From contig NC_092673.1 in NCBI RefSeq assembly GCF_964355755.1, positions 33,415,648-33,479,647 of the forward strand: a DNA stretch of 64,000 bases, written 5' to 3'. Below are positions 1 through 15,259 of this stretch, piece after piece. Each line of letters starts with the position of its first letter. The first letter of the stretch is position 1. Origin of the DNA: Antedon mediterranea (Eukaryota; Animalia; Echinodermata). The position numbers and the translations under genes are program-made. The notes below the pieces were generated by a model. It was not told the DNA's origin, did no database searches, and worked only from the letters and a program-made list of their open reading frames with translations.

Positions 1-2618
1 ATTTACCATTTTCAAGTCCAGTGCGAACAAGGCTTTACAATTGAAAGTGTTTGCTCTAGTCGTGTATCATTTAGCAATTTCCTGCCTAACAAACTATTTG
101 GATTAATAATGGTATATTTCTAAAATCACCAAAATAAATCTTTTTCTGTCGGTTTTCTGCTATTCTTTTTTCTAAGCTGTTAAAATGATTGCAGGAGACT
201 ACATATACAGTAGACTAATGGAATAATAAACAACAAACCTTAGATAGAAGGCGCTACATATGTTTTTATATCAATACAAATTACGATTACCATAATTGGA
301 TAGATAAAAGTTATATATTCTGTTTAGTGTCACTAAATGATCAGTTTTAATCTGTGTTCTAACCAAGTACCAAACAAAACTAACATCCATGTATGTTGAT
401 AAGATACTAAAAGCAACATAGGCCTACTGTCAATTTTACAATCATGTATCATGCAACTGGAATATTAGGCCTAGAGACTTGTGTTAAAATCTTGTTATGG
501 ATATGTAATCGATACAGCTAGATAAATGAAAATTAAACTAGATATAATAAGGATATGTTGTTAACCCTCAAAGATGGGTACATTGCAATTTGAAAATTCA
601 GTTGATATTATAAACATATTACTTCCTGCTTCAAGTTTAATCTACATTGATAATCTGCTACTAGTTAGCATTGCTGATGTGGTCACAAAAATACAGTAAA
701 TCTATCCACCTACTGTATATATACTGTTACCTACAAAGACCATACTTACAGTTCATTAAATAGAATTTAAAACTACTATTAGATATGGACAGGTTAGACA
801 ATTTTGAGGTAAACCACCAAACAAACATTCATAAAAAGAGAAAAATAAATAGGCATAAAAATGGAAGAGTAATGAAAAAGCTATGTGCATATCGAAAGAG
901 GTTACTACACAGTAATGTAATGAAGGTAATGAATTGTACTGGGATCGATAACTGATACCATAAGAAAAGATCTTAAAATCGCATCTCTAAAATACAAATT
1001 TAATTTGTTAATGAATTTCATCATGGACCTATATGATTTCATTTTAAAATTGACCTTAATTCACTTACAGAACCTCAAACTAGACATGGCTAAGTACAAT
1101 TGTAATAGTAATTATTTAAAAAAATCTTTTATTCATTTTAGAATTTTTCTTCTACTACTAGTATTAAGGATTTATTTAATGATTTGGTATATTTCCACTC
1201 CAAAAAAAAAAATAATGCAGGAAAATATAACTTCCATTTTCTTGGCAGCAGGAGGAAAAAGTTTTTAAAATGACATTCACTTGATTAATAGTGAAAGATG
1301 CAATTCCTATGTTTCTTGATATCAAATTTAAAACTTGGTTACCATATAGCATACGTTAACCTCCTCTGTGTCAAAAAAATCTGGAGAATTGATTTAAAAA
1401 ACAAGAAAAAACACAAAAAAAAGTTTGATGATTCATGAAATTAACTGTTTCTTGTTCAATGTTAGCTACTAGAATTGACCTTTAACCTTGGATGGACGCT
1501 ACTTTTAATCTGGCAAAGTGAGCCATTGGTCGCAACATTCTATTTGAAAGTTGCATTTTTGTTTATTTCATTGTCGTGAAGTTAAAAAAATATGAATACT
1601 GTATATTGCAAATTTACTAATGGTCCTAATCAATCACATTTATTCAAAAATTGTACTACCTTGCAGGGAAATCGTAAAATCAGAAATATCAGATGAAAAT
1701 TACATTTTATTAAGAGACAATAACAATTGAGTGGTTTTTTTTTTACTGACCGGGAGAATTGTTATATTTGTTTTAACATTTTGTGACACTGAGAGAATCT
1801 GCCAGTTATTTTGAAGAAACAAACAAACCTTAAATCTTTGAAAACTGAAAATAGAAAAGGAGAAAGACTTGTTACAGTATTGATAGAATTGTTTTTTAGA
1901 TTTTTTGTCCTCGTCAGATTCAAGTTAAGCAACAAGTTGTTACATGGAGTTATAGCTCCATGGCATGGTTGTTCAATGACGAAATAGTTATTTTACCAAC
2001 GTAGAAAACGGAGCATAAAAAAAACATTTTTTACCAAAACAAACACTGTATAGGTAGGATACCCTGCAAATATTTCAACACTTAGGTTATTAATTTAATG
2101 GTGATTCCACTCATTTTATGAGTATACTGTACCACCATCATGTTTATGAGGTAAAATGCAGAAAATGATTCCAACCAAAATAAAACTTTTTTTTTAAATA
2201 TTAAAAGTAAAAACAATTATATTATAACCAAAACAAAACTTTTGAGAACAAAGTATACTGCAGTTATACAAATAATGTATGAAAGCATTCCCTACGGAAT
2301 TATGTTTCTGATGTTTTCAACAAAACTCTAGTCGTTCCTGCAACTTCGGCAAACTTGACATCTCAAAAATTGTATTCTTTTATGATGTACAGTTTACCGG
2401 CCACGCTAGCGTAGGGGCTTGAAAACAAACCACACAGAGCCTACTCAAAACATAAAGCGACCAGTAGATTAAAGATATCTAAACTAATATAGGCATTTAA
2501 ATTAAACTGAACATCGTACAATTAGAAGTATTTATTGATAAAACTGACACCAACTACAAGTGACATACTATTCATAAAATATCGAATAAAACAAGTATCT
2601 GTAAGCTGCAGTTCTCAC

Positions 2619-2636
2619 CTTTCGATCGGTCGCCAT
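2619..2636 (-). CDS. Probable first coding exon (MATDRK) of an unidentified gene running off the left edge
   Basis: Minus strand reads aaataATGGCGACCGATCGAAAG|gtgaga: good start context and a phase-0 donor in a locally CpG-rich patch, with GCATGCGCGC (NRF1-like) just upstream at 2661-2670. No downstream exon confidently found. Confidence 0.4.
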
Positions 2637-5021
2637 TATTTTACCGCGTCGAGAGACAGAGCATGCGCGCTGAGTCTTTAAAGTCCACTGCTTTCGGTAC
2701 TAGAAGTTCTACCCACATTTTTAAAGATAAAAGAACGCCGAGCAAATTTCAAATATTTATTGTTTAAAAAAAATTAATTTTGAACGATTTTTGTTTGGTA
2801 TTTAAAACTACATATTGATGTAAATGTATGTTATTGAACCTGGCAATAAAATAGGTCTAGCCTACATGTACATCAATTGTTCAGACTTAAATATAACATG
2901 TCACTTTTCTGGAAATGTTGGATGTTGCCATCAATATATTGCAATGCTTCCAGCATTCTTTAAAAAAAATTAATCTCCAAGTTGTCAATAATTATTTTAC
3001 ATAGCAGATTAAAGAAAAATGTAGAAATTAATATATTTTCACCTCACTGAATAATTAGCTTATTATGATTAACAAGACCCATCATAGGTTTAAACCGGTT
3101 TAGGCGGCGATTAAATAAATCTTGGCCTATGCAATTAAAATAATATAGGAATTTAAACTGACATATATGTCTAATTATTTAACATTTCTTAAAGTAAAAT
3201 ATGACTCACTATACACAAAAATTACATGTAAATATGCACAGAAATTAATATCCATAGAGGTTTCAATCTGGAAAAAAGGATAGCCAGGCCTTAGCACGCC
3301 ATCTTTAAATTTGATTAGGCAGGGAGAATAAACTTCACGACTAAAAATGGTTAAGTTGACATGAATATGTATTCCTAGTGATTCAAATACTTCTTTAGAC
3401 AACAACCACGTTTTCATGAAGAGCGTGGCCAATATAATGGAACTACTTTTCTTGCACCGCCGCCATATTGATGACGTCAGTACAGTTGTAACCAACAATG
3501 ATTATTGGTGAATATGCTGTTTCATGCAAATACTAGGCCTACTCAATATTCAAACATCTGTAAACATGATCCATGAAGTTTTTGTATACACCCCTGTACA
3601 TTTTCAGCAATCATCAGGGGTGAAACTAATCTCACATTATCTCGCTATAATCGGAAGTTATTTTTTAAATCAGACGTTTCTATTGAGGCCGTATACACAT
3701 TTATCATAAAACACAAATAATGTATTTATTTATTTCATGGGATTAACTTACCTTGCATTGCCTTGGTTTGAGATAATAGCAATAATTTATTGACCATAAT
3801 TAGGCTACACCTTTTGTAACAGTGACAACATTTACTAAAAACTAACTATAAAATGTATAACAATAATAGTGAAATGTAATAATAATTATCAAACTGCTTG
3901 TGGGCTACAAACCGCCCCATACCCCATCCCCAATCTTATAGCGTCTAAAAATCCCCAATTTTCTTTACTCAACATATTTAAATTAATACAAATAACAAAG
4001 TTTTATACAACACAAACAGTTTTAATTTAAGAGATATCAGATCTTTTTTAACGTTTTTCGACAAGGCTCTTACATAATTTATCAGTCAATTCACAACAAA
4101 TATGGTCGTTTCCAAGATAAAATACTTTTGATACAAATAACATTCCTTTAAAACTAAAATGATTAATTAAATTCATAATGTTCATTAGAAAAACAAATAA
4201 TTTATCTACTATACTAGGCTAGTCTTGCGTAATAGGTCAATAAACATTATTGTTTTTGCAGAAAGAATAGGCCCTACATAACTAGGCCTATTGGAATCCA
4301 CCTTCGAAATTGAAAGATCGGAAGCTCAATAAAGTTTAAAAGTGCATTTGTCATTGGTAATGATTTCATGAAAACAATTCAATGCATAATCATTACCATA
4401 AAGAAATAATTTCTCCGTCGACATACCGATCATTTCCGGGCTAGGCCTAGTAGGCCTAAATTGTATCGATCGAAACACATAAACACCATAAATAAACAAT
4501 ATAAATCAACACGTAATACCGACTGTAAAATAAACATATAGGCATAAATGACTCAGGTATAGCGTTAATAACGGCCGTAAAATAAAACTCACAGTAATAA
4601 ATACAAATAATATACAAGTTATTTATTATTTTTTGTTTTCGAATAAACAAAGTTTTATTGGCACGCGCGCGTGTTCCTGCGCTAATAAAAGTCGTACTGT
4701 ACCAATATCATATTTTTACCTCGCAGTACCCTTACTACTGTAATTCAAGGTCAATACGTTTAGTTTCTATAATTCATTGTTGTTTTCTATGAAATCTAAA
4801 CAAAAGTTACCTATAATAATGATCAGTACAAATAATTGTAAAATAGTAACCTGGTTCTATTGATATATAAAACATGCTATAGAGTTTGTATGGGTATAAC
4901 CAACGACCGGACCACTCAAATAAACGGTGAAGATCAATCTATTTTGAATAGTGTTTGGTTGAGTTATTATGGAACGATTGTTTGCATAATAATGTATTTT
5001 TGTATTTGTATTTATTTATTT

Positions 5022-5332
5022 AGCGGTTAAGGCAGTGGAACCGTAATTACGTAGCCATAACATCGGCAGGGGTTCGAGGCTCACTCACTCCATGGTTCTG
5101 GTGGTAGAACGAGTCTTCTCGGATAAGGACTATAAACCGTAGGTCCAGTGTACACATCTAGCTCGTGTGCACTTTAAAGAACCTAGTACATCTTTCGAGA
5201 CGAGTAGGGGGCTACCCCGGTGTATTAGTACATCACAGCCACTGATCACCAACTGAGCCCTCTGGGAGACCAGTCTTTGACTGTGAAGAGGTTACCCAGT
5301 ATAAATATAAATTTCAATTTCAATTTCAATTT
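5022..5332 (+). mobile_element. tRNA-head SINE with Deu/Nin-like central domain
   Basis: B-box GGTTCGAGGC near 5070. The core GGATAAGGACTATAAACCGTAGGTCC...TTAAAGAACC...GAGTAGGGG...CCCCGGTGT resembles the DeuSINE domain from memory. The 3' tail GCCCTCTGGGAGACCAGTCTT...CCCAGTATAAATA also occurs near 18040 and 57800. Ends in (ATTTCA)n. Confidence 0.75.
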
Positions 5333-8300
5333 AATCACACTCTTGTTTACAACAAGACCAATTAATTGTGGCTTATGAGTGAACAAATATACAATATAGA
5401 AATTAAAATAAACACGAATCATCAAACAAAATAGCAAGTTGCAAATGTGAAACCTCATGACGTAACCTAGACCAGTGCTTGAATTTTGATTATGTCATAT
5501 CACTACCATTTGGAAATATCACTACTATATTTGGCACATCAAACACACCTTTTTTTGTCTAACTAGTTTGATAGTGTAAACAGAAATTTAGGCCCATTTC
5601 CACTAGAACAATAAAGATTGACGATAAAAAGTAAATATCTTTATGTACTGGATGTCTAAGGATGGATAAGCAAGCCTGCGAGCTACAGCGATTTTAATTG
5701 CTTTTGCTTATCCTTGCCTCCTTAGATTTCCACCTGTCTTGTTTTTGTTACCTTGTTTTAAATGTATTTCGATTTTAAAGGGTAAATAAAGAATGAATGA
5801 ATGAATGAATAAACATACGTTTATAACCATTTGTGCTGTCTTTGATAAAAAAATATTTGTTTTAATCCAATCAAATGACGTCATGATCAATAAGAACAAA
5901 AAATCATCGTTATTACTCTTACTCATGTAGTCATTTGATTGGACGTGTGAAAATATTATTTTCATCAAAGACAGCATAAATTGTTATCTTATTGTTCTAG
6001 AATGAAAAGTTTATAATTTCTTTTATTTTATGTAACAAAAATGTATGTTTACCACTTTATCGTTCCTAGTGTGTGTAAACAGTCTTTTAAGCGGCAATTT
6101 CTAAGATTTTTCATTCCATTCTTCGACACAATTTCTCCTGCTAGTTTTTCGTACAATATTCTTTTTAGGCCTACTGACCATGAGTTAAAAAAAATTTTTA
6201 CCTCCATACTGACGGTTTTCCATTTGAACCCATAAATTAAGTCGATACATTTTAGTAACTCATCAGCGCACGGATTGGTTTTGAAAGTAACGTCAAATAG
6301 ACATTTAATGATACAAGGCTTAGGGTTCATATACAAAACTTTCTCAGATATAGGCCTATATATTCTGGGTAAAAGCCTACCATGAGTAGGCCTATCAAGA
6401 CTCAAGACGTTTATAATAAGTAGGGCCTATATTATGGAAATTAGCTATTTCAATGTTTAACATGGGAATTCGATTCATTTAATTATATGGTTGCAGAAGA
6501 AAGGATTGGTGAGACTTTTAGTTTCTGTAGATTGTGAACATTTTTATGTTTTCTGTTGTTATTGTAATGAGCCGATATTGAACAAATCAAATCAAACATC
6601 ACGGAGACGATTACTAACAATAGTTATTCAAATATAGATTGAAAAGGTAATATAGTTTATTGATGTGACCGTTCAATCGCTCTAATGACTTCATTGAACC
6701 AAACCGTATGAACTTCCGGATATTGAGCAGTTCTGAGTGGGCCTAACCTATCAACTGTAACCATGAACGAATTATATTATAATTCCTTCGTGCTGTGATA
6801 ATATTTATCATTCGAACGTTTAAAACTATGATACATGATTAGCAATGCTGTGTAAAAATGTATACCGTATAGGCCTAATGAACAATATGATATCAAGTGG
6901 CATGACGTGGCATTATAAAATATCCCATAATGCAATTTTCGTAGCAATTGTGATTGCTAACAAAGATGGAAATCGTTATGGATCATTCATGGACCTATAA
7001 ATTGATAGATTAATTAATAGACCTAAGTTATAAGCACGTTGATCATATGGAGATACCTCCATAATGGATCATTGTCTTAAAAACCTTCCCGAACAACTTT
7101 TCTTGGTAGGCCTACTCTGGCCTACATCAGTCTATAGAAAATCTGCAGTGTTCCAATTTCTTCCTGAGTACGCTTTTATTTATTATGTGAATGCAAATAT
7201 TAGCAAAAGATAACACATTGTTATTGAAATTAATATATTTTGTTGTACTGGGAAATCATCCCACACCGGAGATGCCCTAAATGAATCTTTGAGAAGCACG
7301 AGCCATGGCAGCTCAATTACGTAATCATGAAAAACAATAAGCAGCATTACCGGTCCGGGGTTTCTTTGACGTCTAGGCCTATTAATAATAGATTATAATC
7401 AATCAACGCGTAACTGTTGGTGGTGTTCCTGTAATCTGTTACCAAAAAATAACGATTCTGCCCCTTGTACCAAATAACCGTTTTTCAAGTTGTTCATGAT
7501 GCCTCCCATGATGATGCTGGGGAGGAGGTTGATCGACATAAAAGAAATGCCGATAACTTATGTTCTGATTCTCCTGACCTTTTCAAATGGTAGGCCTCAA
7601 ATTTTGTTACGCCTCTGGCTACAACTTTTGAGCAGGAAGAGATAAAATGAGAGTTAACATAAATTCAATCCAAAAAAAATGTGATACAGCAGGCGAATAA
7701 CTTGCACTTACACTATGATGGAATATTGTTTTCTAGTTAATTGATGATTTGGTTGTAGGCCTACTTAAATGTCTTTCTTGCTGGACAAAATGCATCTATT
7801 ACTCAAAACTACAACTATGGAAAATATTTACATAGGCTACGAAAAAGAAAGTAGAAACATGCATCTCAGATCGCATATACTGTAGTGGTTAGCATGTATA
7901 TGCCTTATTTGTTTGTATATATATACTTTTCTTTCTTATTATCTATTTTCCCATCGCTAATAGTTCATTTTTTCACCCAGGCTTAATCTGGTAACATCAA
8001 CACAAAATAACAACATTTATAGGTATCTAGGAATTTCAACGAATTATCTTTTGTGCATTCTTTCTTGGGTGCACGTGACCAAATGCAAGATTCTAATCAT
8101 GGTAATTGTAATGTAATGTCATTTCCATAACATCGAGTTCTCAAAGCTGTGTATTAACATTTTTTAAGGAACAGGGTAGCCGAATTATTAAGTACCCTAG
8201 CCTTCCATTAAAAGAGTAGCTATCTTATTTTTATACTCATTGCTTTTATATTCACTTACATAAGATATTTTGTTTAAATTGTAAAGTAAAATTCACACTT

Positions 8301-11300
8301 TTTACGTTTGACGGAATGGAAGCCCTCTTCTGTTTCAGCCACTCCTAATATTGAATTATCTATCGATTAATTCGTGATGTCTTGTGTAGTTATTAATATT
8401 AGCTATCGTATTTTCTGTTTCTATTGTATTTTAGCATTGAGAGAATGTTATTATTGCTCATATCACAATGAAAACAGTTATTGTGTATATGCTATTTGCC
8501 ATGATATTACCGTTTGAGTCACTCCCGTGTTCATTAAAAATGAGTAAATAAAAACATATATTTTAAAATAATTATTAAAACTTTATGTAGGCCTATAAAG
8601 AGTTATGCCAGACTTCACCACGTTTAATGATGACATGCATGTTGGCGTTGCACGAAACCAATGTGACGAGTTCATATCTAGGCTTAGTTATTAATTATAT
8701 TTTATGAATTGTTTATGTTGACTTGATTTACTTTTATTTATACGTTTAAGTGTCTGTTCGAATGTAGAATATTCAATAGCAAATAAACTGTAATTTCGAA
8801 ATATTGATGAAAATGTGAAATTTTAGTTATACTAATTTTTTTTTTATTGAAAATCATAGGCTGAATTTTAATATTGTTTTGCTTTACAGTTTTGTAAAAC
8901 TACATCACCTGATTGATTAACCTTTGACCATACAGTAGATAAAGCTACGATAAATAAGAAACAGTGTATTTACACAGTAACACTCATAATATATTTATAA
9001 TATATGAAGCCAAATGGCACAGTGGCAGCTTTTTAAAAAAAGGGAATTGTTTTTCATGTTAAGATTGCAGGAACATTTTAATTTAAAAATGCAAGATACG
9101 CCTATAGAGGTTTATGCGTCAAAAAACAAAAGTGAAGACCACTTGTCTATATTTATCTAGAAACATTATCTACAAAGTCAACGGTCCTTATCGAGTACTA
9201 TTATCCTAAAGGCGCTTTTCCAATTCCCATTAATTGTATACCTCCATGCTCCATTCAATTTTTGGTTCTCCCTTTCAGCATTACAACTTAAAAACAATCT
9301 ACCTATATAGGTGTTACAAGTTGGTAACACTTTTCAAACAGAGGACTACAGAAATCTAGCGGTGGCATACATAAATAACTACACGTCTGAAAAGTTCCTC
9401 TTTATCGCATTATTCATTCATAATAATATTCTAGCCTACAGACTAATATTTTCCACCAGAGCACTGTTTTATAAACATCTTTTAGACAATTGGAATAGAG
9501 CAGGGAAGAGTGAAAATTACAAATAGAGAGAATAATTCGTCGATCATATGCTCTTGTACTTTTACAATCCTCGGAATCTGGATTGATTTATTGTTAATTT
9601 AATAAAAATGAAGTATACAGATAAAAATAGGCCTCAATAGAAATAGTTTTAGGACTAAGTATCAATGATAAATTATAAGTGAACAGCTGAATGCAAGACA
9701 ATTGTTTCTGAGTCAGTTCTCTCATGTAGCCTGTAACATCAAGTTCTTTATATTTTCTATAGGCTAGGCCTATTCAACAATTTTTTAAATATATACAGCA
9801 CTTTTTCTCATGTTTTATATGCAGAGCTAGCTCTGTACCGAGCATGGATATATATTATTAAAGGCACGTTTTATAGCCTTTCTTCTTATCAAGTCATGTG
9901 ACATTTTACGCCACTCCCGTACGTCTGCCTTTGTTAAAATATCAATGCGCGAGCTCATACTGAGATCCCGGATCATCTGACGTCATCGGCTATATGCTAA
10001 TTATACAATGGTTGCCACCACGAGCAGAATAACAAGTTTTAGAATAAAAATTTACATTAGGCCTACTGTTGGTAATTTATTAAACTAATATAATCTTCCG
10101 TAAATAACAACATATTGACTGTAACCCTTCCAGCGGGTCATATTTTGGAAATTATGTCGCCTTCTAATCCACCTACCATACACACGTTGGGTTGTTTCTC
10201 AAAATATTTTTTTTAAATATTACAAATATATTACTTATTAATCTATCTCACAAAAGTTTCTGTGTGACCGTAGAATATTCAATAGGAACTAAACGTTGCT
10301 CGTTGAAATATTGATGGAAATGTAAAATCAAATTTGTTTCTCGCGCGATTAAGAAAAATGCAGAGCAACACAAAGTTAGTTAGACAATTGCTTTTTCTCT
10401 TTTGTAATAAAGTCGTCATTAATAATTCGATGATATTGAGGTCTTATACAATTCTAGGTTTCATTCGAATTTTAAGACGTCATTTTGGAAGTAGACCTAT
10501 AGAATTAATTAACGTTGTCATGTGATGCGATTAATGTCAGTCTTAGGCCCGAATTGTTCCCATGAGTCTGGGACTTTATTCATAAATGTATGACTGTAAG
10601 GTCCGATGATTATACAATGCATTAATGATGTATAATTGTATGTAAATGTAAAAAAATACATAATGCATAATGTATAATTTAATAAGAATGTTATATATAA
10701 GGGCCAGCTATTAATGCAATGTTTTGGCATGAAAAAAAGAGAAACGCCCTGTGGTAAAGTCACACGTTGTTACGTACGTTACTACCGACCTCCTGGAAAT
10801 ATCAATGCGCGATCCAAGCAACACCTAATAGAACCCGGATGGTATGACGTCGAATACTATGCAAATTTTTATGACGCCATGTTCGAAATGAAAAGGCTAG
10901 CTTTGCCAATAGGTAAAAATATATGCTACAATGACTTGTATTTTTGCAAATAAATTTAAATCAAGAGAGATTATCACACACAAAGGAAGGAGATGACGTG
11001 AACCAAACAATTGGTCACAGAAATCCAAAATTGTCAAAAGTAATTGTCCAAACTAAGGAATAAATATAGATCTAGGCCTATCTCCACGTGATTTGGAGGC
11101 ACAGGCCTATATGTCCGATTTGTTTGTTTTTTTCATTTTACAGTAAACCCAGCTCAAACGTACACATTTACGTACAAGAAATGATATAGGCTACACCAAA
11201 CAAAAACAATGAAATTTTCGGTTTGAGGAGAATTTGATTATGAAGGCTACAGTAGGGCGGGTTGTGTCACAAACACAATATAAAATAGGGTCTACTACTG

Positions 11301-13278
11301 TTTGTTTAACTTTAATCTAATTTGGAGACCCAATTTCTGGTTAATGTATTCATGTGTGACCACATATTGTTAATATTATAAATTATCATTGTGCCCAAGG
11401 ATTACCAATATGTAAAATGATAATACTGTATTGTATGACTATATGGTGTAAATTCATCGGGTTACATAAGCACTGAAGTTACCACCTAGATAATAGCGCA
11501 AGATGTTTGTTACGAATAACGTTTCGTCATTTTTTTAAATTTAGCATCCATCGGATTTAAAGATGTATTGTCCCCCAAAAACATGAAAAAATGAAGATTA
11601 ATTAAATCAGACTTTGAGTATTTTATTTTATAGTTTTAATATAGTTATGTCTGAAGACGGAAAACGTTAAGAAGAAGAGATGAGAAGAATAGGCTTCCAT
11701 AGAAAAAATATTAAAACAAATAATGTTTTCATTTATAAAATAACAAAATAAATGGTTAAATTCAACCAAAAATCCATTGGCTGGCATTTTTTGCTTTAAA
11801 TTACATTTTTTATTCAGGTAAATACATTTTTTTAGATCAAATTTTTGGTCAAAGTGGATAACTATTATGTTACATTAAAATGAAATATTTAAAAAAGACA
11901 GAATTCATTATCATGACAGTTGTACTATAGTCTAATCATGGAAATATATTTCCTCCGTGATCTTAATTAAAACCACCTCATCCAAGCGTTGATGCAAATT
12001 GAGATTTTAGGTTGTTTTTGTGGAAGATAATATTGCTAATTTCCTGGTGACATTTTTTTCTATTTTTTATTTGTATTGTATGGATGCACTATCAAGGAAA
12101 TGATGATGATATATCACCATTCTTCATTGGCCTCGTTCCGTTCGACTATAACTGTTTTATTCTGTTTCGAATTGGCCTACTTGTAGAACAATTCAAACCA
12201 TACGTGTTTATCCATTTAAAAAAAAATTGGGTTTGTTTTTTTATTTTCTCTTTTTAGATAAAAGGATTTCACTGTTTTCATATCTCTGCCAATAAAATTA
12301 AGACAACATACCGGTACTAAATGTTGTGTTAATATAAAAGCAACGGGCCTAACATAGACTAAATGAATTTGGACCAGAATACCAAGTTTGCTTTTCTATT
12401 TTATCTTACATCATTTATTAATCAAAATATTGTTCAGAAAGCATTTGTTTTTATGTTTGAAGGACCTCTTCACAGGATATATTTCGGATTTTTAAAAATA
12501 GGCCTATTATATAAAAAATAACGAGAACAGCGTTGTAAATGTTCATCGGATTTGTAATCACACATGAATTTATATATTTCTTTCTATCAACCAATGGTAT
12601 TTTATCATTACGGTTTGATAACAATAATCTATAGGCCTACATTCAGAACATTGTGTATATCAACATCTAATTAGCATTTCCTCTCATGCTAAATGTTTCT
12701 TTCTTTTTGACACTTAGCCGAATGTGTAGGATGCCGGGTCTGTTTTAAAGATCTAATTCTAAATTCATAATGGAGACAGTCTGCATGAATTAGTCTGTAT
12801 TGTACATTAGGTAGCACGTACATTTCTATTGATCATAATACATTCCAATAATTATAGTTTACAATATCGTTTCATAATTGTGGGACTTTTTTTCATTTGA
12901 TAGTTCCGAATTACACAATACGAATCCCTATTCTTTTGTACTATTTGTAAATAGAAAGAAGTATTTTAAAAAAAAGGAAATAAACGGTGTTTTATCAGAG
13001 GACTATAAAATGTAGGTATAATAAAAAATAATTTGATTTTTTTATTCAACTTCCCAGAGTCACCAGATCTAGTATAGGCTATAACTAAAACGGTCTGTGG
13101 TTTTTATATTCTAATAGTTGTACATTCATTTTAAGTTAATCATATTTACTTTTGTATGCCTTTTATGTTGTGTATTTCACAACATTTATTTTGTTTCAAG
13201 TTAATATTATGACGCACCTTTATCATCAAAGTGTGACCTGTTATAAAAGTGAAGTTTATTATATTTATAGCAGTGGTT

Positions 13279-13578
13279 TTAAAGATATCTTGTCACCCAC
13301 CCAAATTTATTTTTAGTTTAATATGCCATTTCAATGTCATATAATAATTTAAAAAAATTATTTAAGCTGTAATTTAAAGCAAAAATAGTCAAATTGTCTG
13401 AAATCAATGAGGTTTTTAATTTAACCGTTTATTTTGTCATTTTATAAGTGAAAACATATTTTTAGGTGTGTTTTTTTTCTACGGAAGTGATTCTTTATTA
13501 AAACTTCGAAAATGGCCTATTCAAAGTTTTCTTTTATTAATCTACTTTTCATATTTTTGGGGAACAATACATCTTTAA
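13279..13578. mobile_element. TTAA-flanked MITE (Kolobok-like family AAAGATGTATTGTCCCC)
   Basis: TTAA|AGATATCTTGTCACC ... GGGAACAATACATCT|TTAA. Related copies or ends at 11557, about 38230, 40834 and 43453-43689. Confidence 0.6.
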
Positions 13579-15259
13579 GATGAATTCATGTGTTTTCTTC
13601 GTGATAACGAATAATATTATAAAAAGAAATGTTATAAACTTAAGAAAAACATTGTTTTATTATCAAAAAATAATTGTTATATCATCATATTATGGCATAT
13701 GAAAATATATGCAAAAACAAATAAATTTAACTGATAATGTAGGTCTGTTTATTACATTTTACTATAATTGGCTAACAACTATTATTGTATGGTACTATTC
13801 AAAGAATGTGTATGTTGGTTGTTGTTCGTTGATACGTACGATAAACTTTCCAAAGAGATACAGTATCTGAATCAATTATTACAGAGGGCGTTTTCATTTT
13901 TAAAATCCTGTCACAACTTCAATAGTCGTTTATTTAATAGTTCAGTAATGTACATAATATTATAATGTATTAATTCATATTTGTGTAATATCTAATGCAA
14001 TTTTCAATAGCTTATCAAAAGAACAGAAATGCAGAATATGAAATTTGTTTAAACTATTGCGTTGTTGACAGGTCTAGTAGTAGCAATCCGAATGAACTTT
14101 GATTAGGCCTAAAGTAAAACATTTTTTTAATCGGGGAACTTCAATATTTTTCGTTCGATTAAATTATTTTTATTTTAATGAATGTTAACCTGACTAGTGA
14201 CTTGTGAATTTACACCCAATGTAATTTGTTTTCCTTTCTATGGGCCTAACCCTATAAATAAAAGGGACCGGCACATAGATTTGGTTAATTCATAAATAAT
14301 TTCAATAACATTTCTTCACAACAAAGAAAACGTATGAACAATTAGTTATTACAAGCAAGTGTTTCATAATTAATTTCTAAAGCAACACCAATACATTTTT
14401 TTGGCTAAATGAGTAAACAGATATTTTAAAGATCATAATTAGTCATTGACATTCACATGATGGAACAACCAGAAGGTTCTGGTGACAGAGGGATGAATGA
14501 TGTTTATCAGAAATTCCCAAACCACGCAATATAACCGGCTGCCTGGGAAATAACAGTACTACCTAGCTAGCTTTATGGGTAATTAAAGAACGAAAACTAC
14601 GTAGGCCTAGCGTAGTACGCGTTTCTGACAAATTGATTTGTATTTCAACACAACATTTTGAATAATAAACTGACTGCATTTGTTAACTTTTACTCAATTA
14701 GGACGTTGGTTAAATTATTTAGCCAAGTTTGGCTTGTGTAAGTACGTTATTAAAGATTATTTTGTGGCCTTTTCAGCGAAAAATGCTAGGCCTAGGCCCA
14801 TCTCTTGACAGATTATCGCAGTTATTTCTGGTGTGCTTATTATTGGGTTGGATCCGGCTACATATGCTGCCTGTCCAGTCTTCAGTTGGGCCTAGCTCTT
14901 AATACGATTTCATTTCCTTGTTTTAGTTTGGTTTATTTTTGTTTTACAGAAAAATATATTTACACTGTCGCAGAAGATTCTGTTCTACCTCCTGCATATT
15001 AACGCTACGCTTTGTTAAGTTGTTGTTTGTGTGTGTTTTTTTTATTTGTTTTTGCTTTTTTTACTTGACACCCCTACCCTCCTCCTAGTTGGCCTATAGT
15101 AGCTAGGCTAGTAGGCCCTCTAGTCTAGGGCTAGGCATAGACTGGCCTCTAGACTACGGTAGCCTAGGCCTAGGCCTTATACAGAGTATTACTAATTCTG
15201 AATCTATTTATATTTATTTTTAGTACAGTACTGTAAATTTGTGTAGATTTGAAAGAAAT

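Noticed and set aside
7-90. Possible minus-strand second exon for the MATDRK gene
   Set aside because: Splice-like boundaries exist but all three frames contain a stop.
7453-7592. Exon-like frame containing RHKR (furin-like site)
   Set aside because: Isolated, with no convincing acceptor or partner exons.
3175-14000. Short ORFs in the ORF track (e.g. 3175-3498, 6049-6405, 10714-10953)
   Set aside because: No recognisable domains or exon structure; composition fits AT-rich non-coding DNA.
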